Below are positions 1 to 12,834 of a stretch of 64,000 nt of DNA, in pieces; position 1 is the first letter of the stretch; each line of letters begins with the position of its first letter. The translations under genes and the position numbers were made by a program. Source of the DNA: Lingula anatina (taxonomy: Eukaryota; Animalia; Brachiopoda); contig CM120642.1 in assembly GCA_051362555.1 (NCBI GenBank), positions 27,218,001-27,282,000 on the forward strand, given 5' to 3'. The notes below the pieces were generated by a model. That model was given only the letters and a program-made list of their open reading frames with translations, searched no databases and was not told where the DNA came from.

Positions 1-287
1 ACTTTCCCTTCATTCTGACGCTCTCCCAACTAAGCTATCGCAGCCTATGACAGCATTTAATTTCTTTTTCTTGTCAGCTCCTCCTTCTACGTCTGCCCCA
101 ACAACGACCAGACCCACTACCAGACCCACCTCGGCTACAGGTAGTATCAATTTTGGAAAGCTCTGTACTTTGTACTTGTTAGTGGTGAATGTTGATTGGA
201 AATCATTAGACCTTTATTTGCGACCTTTAGATTCCTGAAATACACTTTCCCTTCAGTCTTACGCTCTCCCAACTAAGCTATCACAGC
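1..287 (-). pseudogene. Two degenerate partial tRNA-Phe copies (1-44, cut by the window edge, and 220-287) within a 243-bp tandem repeat
   Basis: Similar to 27589-27655 (cttcagtctgacgctctcccaactgagctatctcggc) with substitutions in the acceptor and D stems; the 220-287 copy lacks the T arm. Confidence 0.8.
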
Positions 288-495
288 CTATGACAGCATT
301 TAATTTCTTTTCCTTGTCAGCTCCTCCTTCTACGTCTGCCCCAACAACGACCAGACCCACTACCAGACCCACCTCGGCTACAGGTAGTATCAATTTTGGA
401 AAGCTCTGTACTCTGTACTTGTTAGTTGTGAATGTTGATTGGAAATCAGTAGACCTTTATTTGTAACAACATGTTTTTTTATTTCCAAATATTTC

Positions 496-697
496 ACAGA
501 TTTTTAGATCGATCCAGAGATTTAGATTTAGATCGACCTAACTCCCTGGGGGTTCACGCTAAATTGCCGTCAGCTGAGTGCGCACCATAGTTAATTACCC
601 CCTTACAACTTTTAGTAGGCGGGACAGACGCTTGCCGGCTAAGCTGCCAGTAATCTAGTGAGACTCCCCACAGGGATAAATCGATCTAAAATCTATG
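496..697. mobile_element. Small MITE-like insertion
   Basis: Inverted termini cacagatttttagatcgat / atcgatctaaaatctatg; absent from the paralogous intron near 27880. Confidence 0.6.
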
Positions 698-1500
698 GGA
701 ATGGGGTTTGAAAGATCATTGCTCTTGTTAAGTTAATTTACGTTAACCCTTAAGAATTTCACCATATCCTATCACTTATGATAAACAATTTATTGGTCCC
801 AAAATTTTCAGTAAAACCTGCAGTAATAAGTGGTAAGTTTGTCTGCAATTTCGACAAGGACAATTGTGGATTCATTCAGAAAAAAACGGATAACTTTGAC
901 TGATAACTGGCGTTCGTGGTCTACCACACTGGTGGTATTGCAATAGATGATGTCAGTGTAATGCCAGGGGTCTGCCAGACGGGTGAGCCCATATACAACC
1001 AAATAAGAATCTTGTTTCAAAAGTCAGCAGAAAGGCGCTGAAATTATTAATCAGATTTATATCTAGACGTCTTAAAAGCATATATCAAAAAGAACAAGTA
1101 CTGCACGTACAGGAATTCAAAATTTGGTTTTATCTCTAGACTTGTGTGTATTCTTTTTTTTATGTTATTCCTTTGCTCATCTTCGCTGTTTTGGACTTTG
1201 TTTAATATTCGCAGCTGCTACGACTACACGACCCGCCGTGACGACCCAAAAGGCAGTTGTCAGCACCGGTGAGTTTAAAAGATAAGGCACCTTTTATATT
1301 CAAAAATATTTTGCGTCTTTGCGTTGTAATACACCGATAGTTTCATTGCGATCAAAGCTACTCGGTCCAGATGTCTGTTACAGTTCTGACACCTTATTCT
1401 GTCCAAAATTTTGAGGTCATAGTATAAAGTGACAGCGAAACTCATATTAATTCGGTTGCAATTGATCTCTGGGGATACATACCTCAAAAATATTATTTCA

Positions 1501-4500
1501 ACAAGGCAGCAAAGCTGTCAAATGTACAGACAAAATAACAGAAAAAAGGATGCAAAAGAGGTCATTTTGCCAATTTTGATGCAATAATAAACAAGACCGT
1601 GGAACTTCAAAGTCACACTTTGAAAATGCCAATATGTGAAACCGTTTAACTGGCAGTAAGAATTACCAAACAGACTGCATTGCCTACTGAAGCTGTATTT
1701 TAGTCCCATGTTTCTTTCCTGTAAGTTTGAGAACAGTAAGTGACATGGTTTTTCTTAAATGGTCATCATGGGAGCAGTGCCCAAAATAGTTTTTTTTTTT
1801 AATTTTGATGCAATATTACATAATGTTTAACAGCATAATGACCATCAATTTTAATAATAAAATATTAGTATCATGGGTATTCAGAAAATGTGACTAGCAA
1901 AGGTCTTCAGGCCCATGGAACTTCAAAGTCACAACTTGAAAATGCCAAAATGTAAACAAAGACAGCACTGTTCTGAAATGTTTTTTTTCCATTTTTAACA
2001 ATTTTTAACATAAAACAAAATTAACAGTTTACTGCCATTTTTATATGATCAACTAAGAAAATTGATGAGATGGGAAAAATATCAATAAAGCAGTGTTAAA
2101 TGTCCAATTTCTTCCATTCTGAGATTCTGAACATAGTGAATGATTGAATCTGACAAACTGCAATGATATGAGTTTATTTCCATTTTTGACACTTTATTAC
2201 ACAATACACGATAACAAGTTTACCATCATTTTTACAAAATCAACTAACAATGTTGTAAAGATGCAGGAAATGTCAAACAAAAACTTTTACGTATCTTATT
2301 AGTTTAATAATGAGACTGTTAACATGCCTACGAATTGAATCTGAGGAAATGTGAAAAATATGCTGAAAAGTGAAAACAGCATAACTTCTACAATAATGGC
2401 CCGATCATGCTGATTTTCGAACTTGACCTGCGTTTTATGAATATTCATCAGCTCTGTAAATATAAAGCCAAAAAGTAAAACTGCCTTCCACTTATCGTGT
2501 TTACGAGGAAAGTGCACGGCGACGGCATCGGCATCGCCATCGGCATCGCCATCGGCATCGCCATCGGCGACGACAGACGCAGGTGATGGCAATATGTACA
2601 GACACATCTGTGTCTGTACATAAAAAGTGGTTTCTTTACACATTCCTTCACACAACCATGCCTCTGCTGCTGAAAATTAAACAGCACATGGTGAATGGTG
2701 TCCCTGTGATCTGGCCATTCTGGACTCAATGTGAACCATGGAAAAATAATCCATTATCAACTGATTTAACCAGATCACTGAAGTAATTGCCTCTACATGT
2801 TGCTCACTTCCTTTCTATCTTTTTCTACAAGCTTCAAGTCTCAATACCGATGTTCATGTAGATAAATGAAATAAGGTCGAATGGGCCATTAACGAGTCTT
2901 TACTAATATCCATGTTAATCTTCTGGCTAGCATCGATCAATCAGATGCTCTCTGTGGTGCCAAGCATCACTTAAAATTAAGTTGCTCCACACAATGTGCA
3001 TGCGCAATGGTAAAAAATGGTTCAGGGCAGGGCAATTCCTTGTTTTAGATTCTACTCAAAACCTCCGGGTAAATATTGAATGCAGAGCAACCACACAAAA
3101 CAAATTGTAACCAGTGGTAACCCATTTCATTCAATTTTTCTCTTGATTTGTTTTCTCTTGCTATTGTATTTCACTTTGTGCTGTCTTATATCGATTCCAT
3201 CAAATTGTGCTATTTCCTCTGTTTGACATCTGCTTGATGAATGACGTTTGTAAATGCAGCTATTCAGATGTCAATGAAGGTGTCCCAGAGTCTAGAGTTC
3301 CTAGTTTCAGCTCTGTCCTCCTGAAGGATCACATTGAAGCAGACGGACAATTGATGGATCACTCTTTGCACCCTCTATAAACTCTTCCAAGGACAAATAG
3401 CCATCTAGATTCTTGTCCATCTGTCGGAAAATTTTATCTGTTCTTTTCTCAGGTGTTGATTCATCCTCTGGCATTTTCATTACTGTACCTACCATTTTGT
3501 AGATCGCCTGTAATGACAATAAAAAAACAAGGCAGCAAAGCTGTCAAATGTACAGACAAAAAACAGGAAATAACTATGCACAAAATAGGCTACTGTCAAT
3601 TCTGATGCAAAAATACATTATGTTAAACTGCAAATTCAACATCAAATTTTAATTATCCTCAACAGGTAATACCAATGTAATTAAAATATGTGACAAGTTT
3701 ACACTTTGAAAATGTATAACTTCCAGAAAAAGAAGTTCCTTAGACTGCTTTTCCAACTCAGACTGCATTTTAGTCCTGTATTTCTTTTTTGAAAGTTTGG
3801 CAATCATAAGTAACATGGTTTTCCCATAATGGTCATCATGGCAGCAGCACCCAAAATTGTGTTTTCTTCTATTCTGATGCAATATTACATAATGGTTAAC
3901 AGCATAATAACTCAATTTTAATAATAAAATATACGTAGCATGGATTTTCAGAAAATGTGACTAGCATGGGTCTTCAAGACCGTGGAACTTCAAAGTCACA
4001 CCTTGAAAATGCCAATATGTGAAAAATTAAATTTTCACAAAATAACTGTTTAACTGGCAGCAAGAATTACCAAACAGACTGTATTTCCTACTGAAGCTGT
4101 ATTTTAGTCCCATGTTTCTTTCCTGTAAGTTTGAGAACAGTAAATGACATGGTTTTTCTTAAATGGTCATCATGGGAGCAGTGCCCAAAATAGTTTTTTT
4201 TTTTTCAAATTTTGATGCAATATTACATAATGTTTAACAGCATAATGACCATCAACTTTAATAATAAAATATTAGTATTATGGATATTCAGAAAATGTGA
4301 CTAGCAAAGGTCTTCAGGCCCATGGAACTTCAAAGTCACAACTTGAAAATGCCAAAATGTAAACGAGACAGCACTGTTCTGAAATGTTTTTTTTTTTTTC
4401 CATTTTTAACAATTTTTAACATAAAACAAAATTATCAGTTTTCTGCCGTTTTTATATGATAAACTAAGAAAATTGATGAGATGGGAAAAATATCAACAGA

Positions 4501-6355
4501 GCAGTGTTAAATGTCCAATCTCTTCCATTCTGAGATTCTGAACATAGTGAATGATTGAATCTGACAAACTGCAATGATATGAGTTTATTTCCATTTTTGA
4601 AACTTTATTACACAATACACGATAACAAGTTTACCATCATTTTTACATAATCAGCTAATAATGTTGTAAAATTGCAGGAAATGCCAAACAAACACTTTTA
4701 CGTATCTTATTAGTTCAATAATGAAACTGTTTACATGCCTAAGAATTAAATCTGAGGAAATGTGAAAAAACTGCATTTCTTTAAAATAATGGCCCGATTA
4801 TGCTGATTTTTGAACTCAACCTGCGTTTTAGCAGGAATGACCACTCCTGTGAGTTTAATGACAATTGGCCTATCTGTTTTTCTTATATTGTGTTTACAGT
4901 GTTGCATATATGCTGAAAAGTGAAAAAAAAAGCATAACTACTAAAATAGTGGCCCGATCATGCCGATTTTCGAACTTGACCTGCATTTTATGAATATTCA
5001 TCAGCTCTGTAAATATACAGCCAAAAAGTAAAACTGCCTTCCACTTATCGTGTTTACAATGAAAGTGCATGGCGCCGGCGACAGCGACAGTGACGGCAAC
5101 GACAGACGCAGGTGATGGCAATATGTACAGACACATCTGTACATATTAACTGTACTGTTTGAGAACAGTAAGTGACATGGTTTTTCTTAAATGGTCATCA
5201 TGGGAGCAGTGCCCAAAATAGGTTTTTTTCAAATTTTGATGCAATATTACATAATGTTTAACAGTATAATGATCATCAATTTTTAATAATAAAATATTAG
5301 TATCATGGACAAATAGTAAACGTGACTAACAAAGGTTTTTAGGCTGATGGAACTTCAAAGTCACACCTTCAAAATGCCAAAATGTAAACAAGACTGCACT
5401 GTTCTGAAATGGGTTTATTTCCATTTTTAACACTTTTTTAACATAAAACAAAATTAATAGGTTACTGCCATTTTTATAAGATCAACTAAGAAAATTGATG
5501 ACATGTGAAAAATATCAATAGAACAGTGTTAAATGTCCAATTTCTTCCATTCTGAGATTCTGAACATAGTGAATGATTGAATCTGACAAACTGCAATGAT
5601 ATGAGTTTATTTCCATTTTTGACACTTTATTACACAATACACGATAACAAGTTTACCATCATTTTTACATAATCAACTAACAATGTTGTAAAGATGCAGG
5701 AAATGTCAAACAAACACTTTTACGTATCTTATTACTTAAATAATAAGGCTATTAACATGCCTAAGAATTAAATCTGAGGAAATCTGAGGAAATATGAAAA
5801 AAACAGCATAACTTCTAAAATAATGCCCCGATTATGCTGATTTTCGAACTCAACCTACGTTCTAGTAAGACTGACCATTCCTGTGAGTTTAATGACAATT
5901 GGGCTTACTGTTTTTCTTATATTGTGTTTACAGTGTTGCATATATGCTGAACAATGAAAAAACCGCATAACTACTAAAATAGTGGCCCGATCATGCTGAT
6001 TTTCGAACTTGACCTGCGTTTTAGTAAGATTGATTATTCCTGTGAGTGTCATGACAACAGGCCAAACGGTTTTCCTTAAAATGTGTTTACAAGGTTGCAT
6101 ATATGCTGAAAAGTGAAAAAACAGCATAACTTCTACAATAATGGCCCGATCATGCTGATTTTCGAACTTGACCTGCATTTTATAAATATTCATCAGCTCT
6201 GTAAATATAAAGCCAAAAAGTAAAACTGCCTTCCACTTATCGTGTTTACAAGGAAAGTGCACGGCGACGGCATCGGCATCGGCATCGCCATCGGCGACGG
6301 CGACGACAGACGCAGGTGATGGCAATATGTACAGACACATCTGTGTCTGTACATA
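1501..6355 (+). mobile_element. Composite of three Helentron/DINE-1-like non-autonomous units (1501-2622, 3527-5145, ~5157-6355) enclosing a captured gene fragment
   Basis: Absent from the paralog at ~29970 and has no TSD. Units begin ACAAG..TGTACAGACA, carry internal subrepeats and GGCATC/GCCATC microsatellites, and end in a 13-bp perfect hairpin TATGTACAGACAC-ATCT-GTGTCTGTACATA (2593-2622, 6326-6355). Confidence 0.7.
3307..3507 (-). CDS. Isolated terminal coding exon of a neurocalcin/hippocalcin-family neuronal calcium sensor (EF-hand 4)
   Basis: [61 protein letters not shown] is the typical neurocalcin C-terminus. Acceptor TTACAG immediately before 3507; no other exons seen in the window. 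Confidence 0.9.
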   Translation of the reverse strand, partial: AIYKMVGTVMKMPEDESTPEKRTDKIFRQMDKNLDGYLSLEEFIEGAKSDPSIVRLLQCDPSGGQS

Positions 6356-7112
6356 ATAAAAAAATCCGACGAATGACAAACATTTGCCATTTATCAAGTC
6401 CTCTCATTCTGGCGACGATACGATAAAATAAAATAATTAATTCAAATAAAATAATTCAAATGCAGTTCTTTTATGGTATAGGAACGATATTTCACACTGT
6501 CGCTATTTTGGCTCCTTCTTCAGTACGGCCCACCATTCTTACGGCACCTTTCACGTGTAACTTTGACAAAAATGTCTGCGGCTTCACACAGAGCTCCTCT
6601 GACCAGTTTGACTGGACAAGACACCAAGGAAACACCTCATCCCCAAAAACTGGACCTTCCAAAGACCACACCACCGGATCTGGTAATGAATAAGTGTAAT
6701 AATGTGAATAAATTGGTGTTCCATAAGTCGTACTGACGACAAAAGTCCAATTAGAAGTTTTTAATATTGTTTCTCAAGCCTTTTAATTAAAATTAATTAA
6801 AATGTTTACCTCTTTCAAAATACCGAAAAGGCTAACTGCTCTTTGTACCAGTTATCAGTATGTATATACATTTAATTTCTATATTGCCGAAGAATTTTAA
6901 ATGAAATATCCAAATAACATTTTGTATTTCCTTGTATAATAAATAATATTTTTATTCAGATTTTAAAATCCATAAAAATATGTTCTGTAGACTTTACAAT
7001 ATTATATAAAGTTAAAAAGATTATTTTAAATTTTAAAGTAACGGCATTAAAAGTAAAGAGAAAAAAATGAGTTTTTAATTGTTATTAAATACATCGACTT
7101 AGGCTAATGTAA

Positions 7113-7674
7113 GGGCGCATTCTCAACGAATTGAGCCAGGCTTTACAAATCCTGAGAACTAAAAATGGCGGACGTACATGAAAGAAAAACCGCCTAATCT
7201 TTTTTAAAATAGTCTCTCCGCCTCTCACACGCCTCCCCACACGTCGTCCCTGCGGGGTACAGTAATTAAATCTCGGCTCCGAACATGAATATCTCCGTGA
7301 ATATCTCTGGTGATATTATCTCCGTAGATAGTCGATTCATTGCTGCTCTACGGGCCAATTCATTCCTTTTTCGTCTCTGTTTTGAAAGATAATAGAACAG
7401 AAGAGCTTTTTTCCTTCGATCGCCTTCAGCCGCCATGCTTTCTTCACCACGAGTTTAACTGATGAGCATGCGCACTTATTATTTCTCCGGTAGCTTCCAC
7501 ATGGCGAACGAAGTCGAGATTAATATAACTGTACCCCGTGGGGACGACGTGTGTGGAGGCGTGTGAGAAGCGGAGAGACTATTAAAAGATTAGGCGGTTT
7601 TTCTTTCATGTACGTCCGCCATTTTTAGTTCTCAGGATGTGTAAAGCCTGACTCAATTCGTTGAGAATGCGCCC
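7113..7674. mobile_element. MITE with ~170-bp terminal inverted repeats (GGGCGC..GCGCCC ends, PIF/Harbinger-like)
   Basis: gggcgcattctcaacgaattgag... / ...ctcaattcgttgagaatgcgccc; absent from the paralogous intron at ~30705. Confidence 0.85.
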
Positions 7675-8070
7675 CTAGTCTATTCCTTGTTGTATTTGAG
7701 CAGATATTCTTATCTATTTAGTACAGTTTCAAGAAAAAATCATTTCTTTTTTTCCAAGGGTATTACATGTACATTGAGGCTTCCTCTCCACAACGCCCTA
7801 ATCACACAGCGATCATTCACTCGCCAACAATTAATATCAAAGGCAAATCCTGTATTAGCTACTGGTTCCACATGTACGGGGGATCCATGGGGAGATTGAC
7901 AGTCTCTGTGTTGATAGGTAGCAAGCGAAATGTGCTCTTCACAACAACCGGGGACAAGGGAAATATGTGGATCCCAAAAAGACATACGTGGGCCTTTGAT
8001 GTGCCGGCTAAGGTAAAGATTATTACTTATGTGCTTGGGTTTTAGCAATATTTTTTATAAAATCTCATGC

Positions 8071-9317
8071 TTAAGGCCGGTAATAGGGTTAACTACGCTT
8101 AAAATCATGTTTTAGAGTTTTTTGTGTGTTTCTATTAATCAAGGAAGTATCTAACGTTGGATGTAATAATTTTTTTGAATTTGCACCGCAAAATGTGTCT
8201 TTTGATGAGTATTTCAACCGACACGCGCCCCAGAGAGGATGACAACTAAAGTACGCCTCTGTTGCTAAGGGCCGTTACCATGAGGGGGCGGAGTATAGTA
8301 AATGAGTTATAAGCCGATTACGTGTGCGGTAATAGGTCATAATAAGTCTTACATCACCTAAGCAGTGAAGAAGTCGAGTACGCCTTGAGAAAGAGAAAAG
8401 TTCGTCTTAAAAGTGCATTTTCAGAGGAAAGAAAGAAAATTTTGAAAGAGAGTACACACGGCGGTTGAGGAAAACCAGCATTTGTTCAGTCGGATGGTAC
8501 GTGGTACCTCAACACATCAGACTTATTCATAAAATAATAACTTCATGTAGGCCTAAAGTACGATGAGTGATCTGGTATTAGTCGCAATCCACAGAAAAAT
8601 GCCGACGCAACCTTTACATGTTTCAAAAGATATGAATAGATACTTTTTTTACAATGAACGCGTTCGTGGTTTGAAAATTCATTCACACTCTGTCATTTTA
8701 TTCAAAAGCCTTCTCTCAGCTACTTTTACCGCTGATTCTTGTGCAGCTGAGCGTCTCCCCTTTATCTTAGCTGGCATTTCGAGAGATACCGCTCTGAAGT
8801 AATCGCTGGATTTTTCTGTTATCTGACAATTGCCAAGTGCCGTGCAAAATAATCCTGCAGCGTTACCCGTCAAAAACTCGTATTAACACAAGTGACGGCC
8901 ACTTGCTCTCGACAGGCAGTTTCATCTGATCACTTTGCCGATAACAGAGAAGGAATCTCCCGGCTAAAATTACTCGATTGCCGAGGAAGACCCATTGAAA
9001 CGTTCAAATGCAACTTCACACTTCTTAATTGCGGTTAAACGTAATCGCCTTTGTTAGCGCTTCCTTCTACATATCCTTGACACCCTAATGGGCATCACTA
9101 GGCTAGGGCCCTTTCCAGAGCTGTCAATCAAAATGGCGGCACGCTTACAAGCCTAACGAGTGGTCGGAAAATGTAACAAAAGCACGATTTTCTGCCCTTT
9201 CATAGCACCCAAACAAAATATTTTTAGATGACAATGAGCAATGGTTCCATCTGATCGTATAACCGATAACAGGTAAATTTGCCAGGAAATAAGCATTTGA
9301 CTAATAGGCTCTGTTAA
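8071..9317. mobile_element. Unclassified intronic insertion starting TTAAGG (possibly a Kolobok-like non-autonomous element)
   Basis: GC-richer block absent from the paralogous intron 31042-31311; no convincing second terminus found. Confidence 0.4.
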
Positions 9318-9388
9318 CCAACCTGTGAACGTTTTTGATTAAAAATAAGAAAAAAATAAGCAATTAAACGTCATCATCAATATGATTA

Positions 9389-11054
9389 CAGCATTGGTCA
9401 AAAAGGTTGTCCCACCCCCATTTCCATGTACTTTTAATTACAAATGATCACCTCACAGCTGTAAATTGTTAGAAATAGTGCTTTTTATTACAGATACCGT
9501 GTCTAACATGATTAATGGTTTAAAAAATACAAAATAGAGGTAAAAATATACATTTTTTATACCATTTAGTCAAATTTATAAGAGGTACCCCCTCAAATCC
9601 ACTGTTTCACTGTGACTTCTACAGATGTAAAGAAATGTCTATAAAATTGAAAAGACGCCATCAAATGTCACCAAATTCACAGACAATTAGCATTAGGGTG
9701 TGCTCGTTAAAGGTCACATGCCTAACAGCGTGTGCGTCTACCGCGTACTGCAATTATCCCCTGTAGACGGCGCGACAAGCCTTCAACACGGGTAACAATT
9801 CTGTTTTGTGGAATATTGTCCCATTCTTTTTAAACAAGTTGGGGGAGTTGGTCCACGTTTTCATGGGGTTGGTTCTCCTTTGCATTGCACACTCCAATTC
9901 ATGTCACAGTTGATTAATAAGTTAAATATCAGGGCTCAAAGATGGTGGTTCCATCCTTAGAGCATTGTGTTTCTTCAACAAACACTTGCCAGGCGAGAGG
10001 TGTGAGCAAGTGTGCAGTCATGATAAAGCCTAGAATTAACCCCAAAGTCAGTTCTTGAAGATGGAATGAGATATCAGCTCAGAAGTCTATGTTCAGTGAT
10101 CCCACAGGCACCTGAACCTGGCCATCCATCACTGGAAGGAAGTCTATTTTGATGCAGAATCAAATTATTTCTTGTATCCCATCGATGGTCAAAGAGGGTC
10201 CATAGACATGTTAAAAAATGCCTCTTGGAAGGGTGTGTGTAGGATAATATCGCCTGAGGTGTTAGATCAGTCCGCATTTGGAGAACATTCCAAGCCCTTG
10301 GTATTAGTACAGTGTTCCTTTTGGAACAAAACGTAACAGGGGCATTTTAATGTAACATTCTCAACAGAAATCTCACTCCATTTGCAAGAGGTGACCTCAG
10401 GGATGCTACTGGCTTCATTGTGACAACGCACTTGCTCACAGCTCTCGTCTGGCAAACGATTTGTTGCAGAAACACAGGGGTCTGAGGATGGGCCAACAGT
10501 CTTTGGGTCCTGATATTAATCCTACTGAACACCTGTGGCATGAATTGGAATGTGCACTGCAGAGGAGAACCAATTCTCAAATAATCTTGACCAATTCCGC
10601 CACGCTCTTTAGGATGAATGGGACAATATCCCACACAACAGAATTGTTACCCGTGTTGAAGGCTTGTCACGCCGTCTACAGGAGATAATTGCAGTACGCG
10701 GTAGACGCACACGCTGTTAGGCACGTGATCTTTAACGAGCACACCCTAATGCTAATTGTCTGTGAATTTGGGGACATTTGATGGCGTCTTTTCAATTTTA
10801 TAGACATTTCTTTACATCTGTAGAAGTCACAGTGAAACAGTGGATTTGAGGGGGTACCTCTTATAAATTTGACTAAATGGTATAAAATATGTATATTTTT
10901 TACCTCTATTTTGTATTTTTTAAACCATTAATCATGTTTGACACGGTATCTGTAATAAAAAGCACTATTTCTAACAATTTACAGCTGTGAGGTGATCATT
11001 TGTAATTAAAAGTACATGGAAATGGGGGTGGGACAACCTTTTTGACCAATGCTG
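9389..11054. mobile_element. Non-autonomous fold-back Tc1/mariner derivative with very long inverted arms
   Basis: TA TSD on both sides; CAGCATTGGTCAAAAAGG termini. Transposase remnants GPDINPTEHLWHEL (~10505) and EWDNIP..RRLQEIIAVRG (~10615-10720) are mirrored in the left arm. Confidence 0.9.
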
Positions 11055-11197
11055 TATAAATGTTAGAACTATTTTATCTATTTAGACAGAGTTTCAAGCT
11101 ATGTGTGGTCTTAACTATGTTATATATTTATCAATCGTATATTACTATTATGGTTTAAATAATGAAGCAGTTGCTGCATGCTTTTCACACAGGCTGC

Positions 11198-11241
<44 letters not shown>

Positions 11242-11729
11242 CTTGGACATAAAGTTATTATGTCCAAAATGTGTTACAGGTTTTAAAATTCCTAGATTTC
11301 AGGGTTATGTTCAAAATATAAATAAATAGATAAATGAATCGTTATAGTCAATATGGATATAAATGTTACAACTTTTTTTTTCGATTTAGATAGAGTTTCA
11401 AGCTATTTGTGGTCCTTACTATGCTTCTGACATCGCAATTGATGACGTCAGCGTCACCAGTGGACCGTGCCCGGTAATAGGTAGGTAAATTAGCATAATA
11501 TTTATTTGAAATTTTCATTCAAAATCTATATAATTCCTAAAACTAAACGTTTTACCAAACTTTGGCATGGTACTTAATTAATAATAAAAAGTTTCTGAAA
11601 TTTAATAATTTTCCCATGAAATCACCACTACAATACCTTTACCCGTGCCTTGTCTCTCCGCGTATTTTTAGATAACTGAATCTTTTGTTTTACATTGCGT
11701 GGTGCTTTTCTCTACAGTAACTCCTAGCT

Positions 11730-11774
<45 letters not shown>

Positions 11775-11937
11775 CGTCTTCATTTTCTCTTCCTAAAACA
11801 GCGGTGACAACTGTGAGACCTCCCCAAACAACGAAAGGTAGGCCGAAAACCTCCATTGCACAAAACGGCACAAAAATTCACTATTTGTTCACTAACTTGA
11901 ATGTCACCTGCTATTAAATGCTTTTGATACTAATATT

Positions 11938-12086
11938 GGGTGCGTCTCAAAGGTTCGTTGGTCCGAAAATCGTTACGTTTTCTCATTCTTTTTTAATAAA
12001 AAGGTTCGTTGGTCCGAGTTTTGTAGTGAACATTCGAACCAATGAAACTTCGGACTGTTGAATCTTTGGACTGTTGTCGCGCTTCC
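11938..12086. mobile_element. Small MITE with 8-bp TSD CTAATATT; also present in the paralog at ~31918-32070
   Basis: GG..CC ends, internal ggtccgaa/ttcggac inverted motifs, direct repeats at 11930-11937 and 12087-12094. Confidence 0.6.
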
Positions 12087-12834
12087 CTAATATTAGCGCT
12101 CAGCTCTGCTTTGAATCACAAATATTCCGTGTTCTTTCTCGCCGTTTCAGCTCCAGTGGTACTAAGCGGCGCTTTCAACTGTAATTTCGACAAAGACACC
12201 TGTGGCTTCACCCAGGATAAGAGTGATACCTTTGACTGGACAAGACAGAACAGGACCACCAGTTCTGCAAACACTGGCCCAATGACTGACCATACGACTA
12301 AAGCTGATGGTGAGTTTGTCCGGTGTGACAAAAGTGGTGCATGTAGTCCGCTATGAACCGTAGTCTGTTCCCCATAAATTACCCAAATATTCTTTCTTTG
12401 TGCCAGTTTATGGATTGTTCTTATTATTGTAGGCAATTCGTTCTTTTAGGTCACTACATGTACATTGAAACATCTAACCCAAGACAACCCAATGATGCTG
12501 CCAGACTGATCAGCCCTGTTTTGACCATGCAAGGCCAAGTGTGTATCAATTACTGGTATCACATGTATGGGTTCGCGGTCGGTGCCTTTAATGTTTTCAT
12601 CCTGTCAGGCGGCAAAAAGACCGCTCTTCTCAACCTGAGAGGAAATATGGGTAATCAGTGGCGACAGGGACAGAGTAACTGGGTCTTTACTGCTCCAACA
12701 CAGGTATAGAGGTTTCTGCTTATTTACTCACATAACTTATTCGTCTTTTCCTTTTTAACTAATGCTTCACAGTCACGTTACCTAAGCTAAAGTACTGTAG
12801 ATGTGCCATGGTATGTTCCATTATGCTATGTTAT

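Noticed and set aside
1501-6355. CRISPR-like array
   Set aside because: The context is eukaryotic, the repeats are long tandem subunits without unique spacers, and there are no cas genes.
2299-6397. Repeated minus-strand ORFs (MCLYILPSPASVVA...HDKWKAVLLFG)
   Set aside because: They read through the microsatellite and hairpin end of the repeat units, vary by frameshift between copies and show no domain motif.
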